Source: Pecten maximus (taxonomy: Eukaryota). From it: a DNA stretch of 64,000 bases. Position numbers and translations under genes: made by a program. Of this stretch, positions 55,216-64,000 are shown piece by piece; position 1 is the stretch's first letter; each line of letters begins with the position of its first letter. The notes beneath the pieces are model-generated. The model saw only the letters and a program-made list of their open reading frames with translations. It was not told where the DNA came from and did not search any database. The DNA is taken from the NCBI RefSeq assembly GCF_902652985.1, contig NC_047027.1, positions 19,840,001 through 19,904,000 on the forward strand, read 5' to 3'.

Positions 55216-55818
55216 TAAGTATAGTTGAACAGCGTTAAGTGCTGCGTCCAGGAGGACAGACATATGACATACCTTGACAGACACAAATGTCTTTATATGA
55301 CATATACAGTATGTTCCTCCTAGAGGGGGATTTCATATCGGGTACCTTTAACGGCACAGGGAATGCATATTTGTATATCTATGAAGCTAGTAAAGGATGG
55401 TGTCTGTAGCTTTGTTTTAGAATTTTTAAAGGCCTTATCGTTGTGTGTATTCCATTTTTAATTATTTTCAATAATTACAAAAACCACTTTGGTCTTATTG
55501 ATATTGAGTACTTGTAGTTTGTATTTGTTTTCACTTCTTACAACTGTTCAAGTCTTTTTCCTATTTATTTTGTGTTATCTCAAAGTTCGTGTGGTACCTA
55601 ATGGCAACAGGCTCCAACTCTCTCCAAAGGTCACTTACCTTTAGTCTATCCTCTGAAATCTTCAAACATTCTTTAAACATCAATTGGCAAATCTATATAT
55701 TTAGAAAAAAATGCAGGATTAACTGATATAGCTCTTACCGAGCAGAAAGTTACTCATTTATCAGTTTGATATTTAAGATATATATATATATATATATTAA
55801 AAGTTGTAAATAACTTAC

Positions 55819-55860
55819 CATTGTGATTTAAGAGAAGGGAATACACGGTTTCTTCTCATT
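55819..55860 (-). other. Candidate 42-nt exon on the minus strand ending in ATG
   Basis: TTTGTGTCTTTTCAG|AATGAGAAGA...TCACAATG|GTAAGT. Confidence 0.35.
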
Positions 55861-55989
55861 CTGAAAAGACACAAAATAGGATATCCATGTTAACATATGT
55901 ATCGCGAGTAGTGTTGTTATTGTATTAGTTAAGGGGCACGTGGGCCGGATTAATATGTGTCACATCTGAATTATTACATATGTAACGAT

Positions 55990-56730
55990 TGTTTGTCTCA
56001 CGTGTATTAGTATGTGTGTCACACGTGTATTATTGTGTCTGTCACACGTGTATTAGTGTATGTCGCACGTGTATTAATTAGTATGTGTGTCATACGTGTA
56101 TTAGTGTGTCTGTCGCATGTGTATTAGTATGTGTGTCGCACGTGTCTTAATATGTGTGTCACACGTGTATAGTATGTGTCACACGTGTATTAGTATGTGT
56201 CACACGTGTATTAATGTCTGTCGCACGTGTATAAGTATATGTGTCACCCGTGTATTAGTATGTGTCACACGTGTATTAGTATGTGTGTCACACGTGTAGT
56301 AATATGTGTGTCACACGTGTATTAGTTATGTGTCACACGTGTATTAGTATATGTGTCACACGTGTATTAGTATATGTGTCACATATGTATTAGTATGTGT
56401 GTCACACGTGTATTAGTATATGTGTCACACGTGTATTAGTATGTGTGTCACACGTGTATTAGTATATGTGTCATACGTGTATTAGTATGTGTCACACGTG
56501 TATTAGTAGGTGTGTCACGCGTGTATTAGTATATGTGTCACACGTGTATTAGTATATGTTTCACACGTGTATAATAAGTACATGTATATGGTCAGCTCGT
56601 ATATTAGTGTATATGTGACACGTGTATAAATACATGTATGTGTGCATCATGTGTATCAGTTTATGTGTGTCGCATGTGTATTAATACATGTATGTGTGCA
56701 GGACGTGTAACAGTATATGTGTCACACGTG
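55990..56730. repeat. 21-23-bp minisatellite rich in CACGTG
   Basis: CACACGTGTATTAGTATGTGTGT units (56403/56426), degenerate after ~56570. Confidence 0.93.
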
Positions 56731-56888
56731 TTTTTAGTGTGTAATAGTATAAAACCAAATCGCATTCAAAGCATTGTATCATACACCTGTCTCACTGAAT
56801 GTAGTGTTACCAACATATTGCAGGCCTTTGTCGCATATTTCATATTCAAATTTCAACCGTTATGCTCAGTATTCTATGTTGATTTCAG

Positions 56889-57075
56889 CTCCTTATTTCG
56901 GCGGTTCTGTATCATCATCTCAGACCGTCAACAGGTCATAACGTTAGCTATGGGAGAGCTTCTCCAATGTTTATACAGGGTCGGAGGAGTGTTGCACTAT
57001 AAACTGCTGGAGGAAATTACTGGTAGACAGCTTATACCGGGGCTGATGACACTTCATGTCGCGGACGATAGATAG
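56889..57075 (+). other. Candidate exon (GC-richer island)
   Basis: TGTTGATTTCAG| acceptor; donors AG|GTGAGC at 57076 or ATGATGG|GTGAGA at ~57108. Confidence 0.35.
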
Positions 57076-57359
57076 GTGAGCACGGCACCATGTCTACATA
57101 ATGATGGGTGAGAGAATACATTTTACAATATGGCCCTTTTTATGCCTACTCGTCATGATATAGTGAAGAACAATGTTTGAGCTATATAACAAAAACCCAG
57201 ACAATCTGTCCCGATTGATCATTACGACATTGAACAAGGACAAAAGATTTTACAAAATATATATCGATCGATATACACCACTTTGCAAATAATAAAAAAA
57301 AAATCGAAAATGATACAATGTAACGTCAGCATCCAAGGACATATTACAACACAGAATAA

Positions 57360-57650
57360 GCATACCACTACCAAATATACCACAGTCATCACACCACTAC
57401 AAAATATACCACAGTCATCACACCACTACCAAATATACCACAGTCATCACACCACTACCAAATATACCACAGTCATCACACCACTACAAAATATACCACA
57501 GTCATCACACCACTACCAAATATACCACATAGTCATCACACCACTACCAAATATACCAGTCATCACACCACTACCAAATATACCACAGTCATCACACCAC
57601 TACCAAATATACCACATAGTCATTAATATCACTACCAAATATACCACATT
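57360..57650. repeat. 29-bp minisatellite (~10 copies)
   Basis: CACAGTCATCACACCACTACCAAATATAC at 57381/57410. Confidence 0.95.
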
Positions 57651-57789
57651 TCTCAAAAAGATTTGACACAAAAGGAGTGTTATAATATAATATTATAAAT
57701 CTGAAATAATAACAAAAACATAATTCTAACTCGGAATCGATCAAACGCGGGAAAGCAAATGATAAAAATATAGAAGTACTGGAAAAAGT

Positions 57790-59574
57790 ACAAGGGGAAT
57801 AAGGCCAGGGGAATAAGGCCAGGGGAATAAGACCAGGGGAATGAGACCAGGAGAATAAGACCAGGGGAATGAGACCAGGGGAATGAGACCAGGGGAATGA
57901 GACCAGGGGAATAAGACCAGGGGAATAAGACCAGGGGAATAAGACCAGGGGAATAAGGCCATGGGAATAAGACCAGGATAATAAGACCAGGGGAATGAGA
58001 CCAGGGGAATGAGACCAGGTGAATGAGACCAGGGGAATAAGGCCAGGAGAATAAGACCAGGGGGATAAGACCAGGGGAATAAGGCCAGGGGAATGAGACC
58101 AGGGGAATGAAACCAGGGGAATGAGATCAGGGGAATGAGACCAGGGGAATGAAACCAGGGGAATGAGATCAGGGGAATGAGGCCAGGGGAATGAGGCCAG
58201 GGGAATGAAACCAGGGGAATGAGACTAGGGGAATAAGACCAGGGGAATGAGACCAGGGGAATGAGACCAGGGGAATGGGACCAGAGGAATGGGACCAGGG
58301 GAATGAGACCAGGGGAATGAGACCAGGGGAATGAGACAAGGAAAATGAGACCAAGAGAATGAGACCAGGGGAATGAGACCAGGATAATAAGGCCAGGAAA
58401 ATAAGACCAGGGGAATGAGACCAGGGGAATGAGACCAGGGGAATGAGACCAGGAGAATGAGACCAGGGGAATAAAACCAGGGGAATGAGACCAGGGGAAT
58501 GAGACCAGGAGAATAAGACCAGGGGAATAAGGCCAGGAGATTAAGACCAGGGGAATGGGACCAGGAGAATAAAGCCAGGAGAATAAGGCCAGGGGAATGA
58601 GACCAAGGGAATGAGACCAGGGGAATAAGACCAGGGGAATAAGACCAGGGGAATAAGACCAGAGGAATGAGACCAGGGGAATAAGACCAGGAGAATGAGA
58701 CCAGGGGAATAAAACCAGGGGAATGAGACCAGGGGAATGAGACCAGGGGAATAAGACCAGGAGAATAAGACCAGGAGAATGGGACCAGGGGAATGAGACC
58801 AGGCGAATAAGGCCAGGAGAATAAGACCAGGGGAATAAGACCAGGGGAATGAGACCAGGGGAATGAGACCAGGGGAATAAGACCAGTGGAATAAGACCAG
58901 GGGAATAAGACCAGAGGAATGAGAACAGGAGAATAAGACCAGGGGAATGAGACCAGGGGAATAAGACCAGGGGAATCAGACCAGGGGAATCAGACCAGGG
59001 GAATGAGACCAGAAGAATCAGACCAGGGGAATCAGACCAGGGGAATCAGACCAGGGGAATCAGACCAGGAGAATGAGACCAGGGAATGAGACTAGAGGAA
59101 TGAGACAGGGGAATGAGACCAGGGGAATGAGACCAGGGGAATAAGGACCAGGAGAATAAGACCAGGGGAATAAGACCAGGGGAATAAGACCAGGGGAATA
59201 AAACCAGGGGAATAAGTCCAGGGGAATGAGACCAGGGGAATGCGACCAAGGGAATGCGACCAGGGGAATAAGACCAGGGGAATAAGACCAGGGGAATAAG
59301 ACCAGAGGAATGAGACCAGGAGAATAAGACCAGGGGAATGAGACCAGGGGAATAAGACCAGGGGAATAAGACCAGGGGAATGAGACCAGGGGAATGAGAC
59401 CAGAAGAATCAGACCAGGGGAATCAGACCAGGGGAATCAGACCAAGGGAATCAGACCAGAGGAATGAGACCAGGAGAATGAGACCAGGGGAATGAGACCA
59501 GGGGAATGAGACCAGGGGAATGAGACCAGGGGAATAAGACCAGGGGAATAAGACCAGGGGAATGAGACCAGGGG
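57790..59574. repeat. 14-bp G-rich satellite (~127 copies)
   Basis: GACCAGGGGAAT(G/A)A repeated; source of the SPGLIPLV pseudo-ORFs. Confidence 0.97.
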
Positions 59575-60659
59575 TTGCGACAAAGCAAGCATCCCCTTCT
59601 TTATCCCGGACATACGAATCTAGGTAAAAGCGTTTTTAATCACCAAAATTATGCTTTATTTTCATATACACCGGTTGTGTACTATGATGTATTGTACCTG
59701 GTACATTTTTACCAGTAGTTTATTTTGCATACACCGGTTGACCTTACAACCTCGTTTCCACTAGTCTTCCTGTTGGTGCATATCACCGCATGGAGTTCCT
59801 CCTATGATTAAAGTTTGTTTATAAACGATGTTTATATCGCACAAGTACGTATTTCTCTCATCATGGCGACCACAAAGATTACCTTCATCATGCTGCGCTT
59901 TTGAATGTCATTTCCTGTCACTCACAACACCATGGCAAAACTTCAAACCAGCAAAATCTTAATCCGATACACTCAATCAATCATATCGCAATCAGGAAGT
60001 ATAAGACATATATAGTTATATCAGTTATGTACATTTACCTCTCGTATCCCTTACGACGTCGTTCACATGCTACTCTACCGCCATACACAAAATCCCTTGA
60101 CGCAAAAAGTACTATATTTTTGTCAAGTCTAGAATTTGTCGAATGGTCCTTGTGTGTTTTTGTGTATTCGATTAGAAAATACGTTTTATTGATAATGTTT
60201 TATGTCAAAAGCCACAACTGCCATTCAGATATTACGAAACGGCGTAATCGAACTCATCAATCACGACGAAATACCTTGTACCAATATGACGTGAGCTTAG
60301 ATGCTCAATCTATTCTTTATCTGTTCTATGATGTTAGTGATAAACATTTCTCATATCTACTACACATTGCATCATTGGCAGATATATCTCCATTTTTATT
60401 ACAAAAGCCTTAAGGGATTTCGATCTTGATTTGTATTGTACTTTACGTATATGGTGACCAGATGAATTTATTGTTATTCACATCTGCAGTTTTAGGTCAT
60501 CGTGGCGTACTAGACATTTGACCAATATGACTATGTTTTTGACCATTCAGTCCATTCCTGTGATCAAACTGTACCGTCCTACAATTTGGAATGTTTAAGT
60601 CAGTTATATTTACTCAGGCTTATAATGACGTTCTTACAAGTGAGGGATTGTTAAAACCT

Positions 60660-61055
60660 TCCAAAACATCTAACCCCCTGACCTTGAAAGTGGGCCAATT
60701 TAACGCCTTGCCTTTGAAAGTGTGTCAATTTAACCCCCTGACCTTGAAAGTGTGCCAATTTAACGCCTTGACCTTGAAAGTGTGTCAATTTAACCCCCTG
60801 ACCTTGAAAGTGGGCCAATTTAACGCCTTGACTTTGAAAGTGTGTCAATTTAACCCCCTGGCCATGAAAGTGGACCAATTTAACGCCTTGACTTTGAAAG
60901 TGTGTCAACTTAACCCCTGACCTTGAAAGTGGGCCAATTTAACGCCTTGACCTTGAAAGTGGGTCAACATAACCCCGTGACCTTTGACGTGGGTCAGTTT
61001 AACGCATTGACCTTGAAAATGGGTCAATTTAACCCCCTGACAATGAAAGTGTGTT
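60660..61055. repeat. 30-bp minisatellite with alternating A/B units (60-bp higher-order)
   Basis: TTTAACCCCCTGACCTTGAAAGTGGGCCAA alternates with TTTAACGCCTTGAC(C/T)TTGAAAGTGTGTCAA. Confidence 0.93.
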
Positions 61056-61734
61056 ATGACCGTCCATATAAATGATCTTGATATAACTTCATTTCACCAT
61101 TCAAAAGGTTAATATCTTTCTACAATCCTTTGAACGCGAAACTAAATACCAATTCACCAAATTTCACGAACTGATGCTTTATTACTCTTATTGCTCAGAA
61201 GCACCATTTAAAAACAAAAATGACGTCACACGGACGGACGTCAAACGGTGTATCATCACATGTTGGAACTGTGTAGCAAGTGATTTGAAGAATATTCCAT
61301 CTGGAACTAACGGAACCAAACACTTACGGAGTGAACTAATGACCATTTGACAATATGTATACAGGGAACAGACAGACCAGGTCTAGAATGTTATTAAAAT
61401 GATTGTATCACTGATGGGATAACATGGGATTCATACCCTATATATGTAATTGTACCAAAGATCAAACAGATACTACCTATTTGGAGTGAGACCAAAACCT
61501 TTGTCGGATCACCGACTTGATGAGTACTTAGAGACGACTTAGTGCATCTTCACCGACCAAAGTTTCCCGTCATTAGAGGGCAGAGGAAAGGAGTTTAAGT
61601 CCAGGCCAACAAATTGGGCTTTTACCTCTATTCTGGAATATAGCTCTTAAAATAATCTATACAAGTTTTCGTCTTCTATTTTTTTTTCTCTTGAAGTGTT
61701 TTTACGACAGTTTCAGCAATTTAGGGTCAAGTTC

Positions 61735-62125
61735 GTTTTCTAGCTCACAGTCTACTAGACTAGGGCAAATTTGACTTCTAGCTCACAGTCTACTAGACTA
61801 GGGCAAATTTGACTTCTAACTCACAGTCTACTAGACTAGGGAACATTTGACTTCTAGCTCACAGTCTACTAGACTAGGGCAAATTTGACTTCTAGCTCAT
61901 AGTCTACTAGACTAGGGCAAGTTTGACTTCTAGCTCACAGTCTACTAGACTAGAGCAAGTTTGACTTCTAGCTCATAGCCTACTAGACTAGGGCAAATTT
62001 GACTTCTATCTCATAGCCCACCTGAGTAGGGCAAATTTGACTTCTAGCTCATAGCTTACTTGGCTAGGGCAAATTTGACTTCTAGCTCACAGTTTACTAG
62101 ACCAGGGCAAGTTCGTCTTCTGGCT
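61735..62125. repeat. 38-bp minisatellite (~10 copies) with internal inverted repeat AGTCTA-C-TAGACT
   Basis: TTCTAGCTCACAGTCTACTAGACTAGGGCAAATTTGAC, with TAGCTC at 61741/61779. Confidence 0.95.
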
Positions 62126-63335
62126 CATAGATTAAAATACCAGACTAGCATGTTATCATTACCATTGACTTCTGAGGTTGATAATATTTAAGAATCCTTC
62201 GTCCACATCGAGATATTTGCGTTTTCACACATCTCTATATTGATGAGTTTGGAAAGTCGTGAAATAACCTTTATCCAAACTAAGATAATGCATGCTAGTT
62301 CCGCGGCCCGGTACCCATACGTGGTTCTTCTTATTCCAAGAAACACGGACAAATAACTATTGTCATTTTTTTTAGAAGTAATAATGATGTTAATCGTTCA
62401 TCGCAAATATAGCGAAATCATCTAAGCTATTTCATTGACTTGTCTCCTTTTTCCTTTTTCCTTTTTTTCTTTCTGCTCAGAAAGCGTAAGGTATGAAATC
62501 AATTCCGAGATTAAGGAGAAAAGAACTGTGATCTTCAAAATGACAGACACTTTCCTTGATTTCAACATTCTGCTGCATGGATGCAATGAGAAAATGAGAG
62601 AATTGCTCAGATTTTCCCCAATTTGAAAATCCCTAGGGTGAATAGTCCATAATCTACACTCCCTGGCTTCAAAGACAGCCATTATTTGCTACGGAGCATT
62701 TGCCAGCAATTTGTCTTATTTCAGCACAATTACAATAGGCAAAACACGGCAATTTAGGAACGAAATAGCCCGTCTACTTCCTAGTTATTGCATATTTTCA
62801 CTTCACCAGTAGGCAATGTCAGGAAACAGATCTTATTAATGTACAAAGCAAATGCCTTTGTGGCTCTGTAATACTTTTCAAGAGTCTGTGTGATTATGAA
62901 TTGATTTCTTAGAAAGTCACGTGATTGCTTTGCGTCTTCATCCTTTACCTATCTGATCCGGGCGTAAGACAGTGTAATTATCGCCCCTGGTTCGCTTGTC
63001 TGCCCGTGATCAGGTCGATCTATGTAATAGACTAGGTTTTATTTGTCTCGACTCGGTCATAGTAATGTAGTTGAGATCCGGATGACTTCTAAATCACCAA
63101 TGTCTCTGGATTTACTCCTTGATAAGCTGTCCCGACTGAATCGCTTGGTGATGCAATGGTTATATATTGGATCTATAACCTCATTCCTTTGAAATTATGA
63201 CCTTTATTTTTTAACTATAATTTAATATACATTATATTGGTAAATAATAAAAGAAGGGAGAAAACATCTTCCATCTGTTGCCAAGTATATAGGTTAATAT
63301 GTCAGTTACTTTATTTATAACATAGCTTATACAGA

Positions 63336-63592
63336 TTTGGTTAAGTATTGTTTAACGTCCTATCAACAGATAAGGTCATTTAAGGACGGCCTCTCGTGTG
63401 TGCGAAATGCATGCGTATATTGTATGTGTGTGTGATTTGGAAGGCTGCAGTATGTTCGTATTTGTCTCTGTGTACTAGCGCAGAACTGATGCCGAATTAT
63501 AGTACTACCCAACTGAAGCTTACTGTCGAAGACACCCAGCAGGACACCCCACCCGGTCACATTATATTGACAACGGGCGAACAAGTCGTCCC
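63336..63592 (-). mobile_element. Meta-domain (MESC-type) SINE, tRNA head missing
   Basis: Reverse complement ACGACTTGTTCGCCCGTTGTCAATATAATGTGACCGGGTGGGGTGTC matches the recalled Meta domain; 3' tail AAATGACCTTATCTGTTGATAGGACGTTAAACAA. Confidence 0.8.
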
Positions 63593-63620
63593 TACAGATA
63601 AAATATCCGCTCCGCGCCAA

Positions 63621-63720
63621 CACAGGGGCTTCGAAGTCCTAGCCCACGGTTCATACATTGTATATATACAGTTTCCTCTTCCGGAAAAGTACAGCCGTTA
63701 TGAACCGTGGGTTAGAAATT
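63621..63720. mobile_element. Second CACAGGGGCTT-terminated MITE with the right TIR tip deleted
   Basis: Left arm CACAGGGGCTTCGAAGTCCTAGCCCACGGTTCATA; right arm TATGAACCGTGGGTTAGAAATT; flanked by CGCGCCAA (63613-63620) and CGTGCCAA (63721-63728). Confidence 0.75.
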
Positions 63721-64000
63721 CGTGCCAAGTGAAGTCTCGATGCGGGATAAAAAGTCACGGTTTCTATTTGGAGTGACAAACCGGACGACGTAGTATATAT
63801 TTACTGGGAGTTGTTCTGTTCACATATAGAGGCGTTTTCCATATATACAATGACGTACTGCTTCAGTAAAACCTCTCTATAACGCCCCCTCAGTACTCCA
63901 TCGCCATCGCAATCTTCACTCATTTTGCGTTTTTTTTTATCCCCCACGAAACACCAACAATTTCAATCATACAAATACACTAAAAGATAAGACAATTAAC

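Noticed and set aside
59901-60413. 170-aa non-repetitive ORF
   Set aside because: Non-ATG start, composition typical of AT-rich non-coding DNA, no recognisable domain; a BLAST search would settle it.

Overview
AT-rich eukaryotic genomic DNA, not prokaryotic. The SINE modules (CORE, V, Meta) and Penelope-like relics point to a bivalve mollusc, probably a scallop (inference from recalled repeat consensus motifs). No intact, recognisable protein-coding gene, tRNA, rRNA or CRISPR array is present, and the longest ORFs in the track are mostly artefacts of tandem repeats or N-gaps. The window reads as intronic/intergenic sequence with about 20 independent minisatellites, three SINE families, two related P/hAT-like foldback MITEs with 8-bp TSDs, TA-flanked Tc1/mariner-like MITE relics and two assembly gaps. 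The most notable signal is a tandem array of four ~50-nt minimal type-I hammerhead ribozyme motifs (6441-6650). It has dispersed relatives at 16835 and 35976, the latter ~0.6 kb from a decayed Penelope-like reverse-transcriptase C-terminus on the same strand. Also notable are a 129-codon frame broken by one stop behind ETS/E-box motifs (48422-48808) and a set of candidate small exons of a long-intron transcript.
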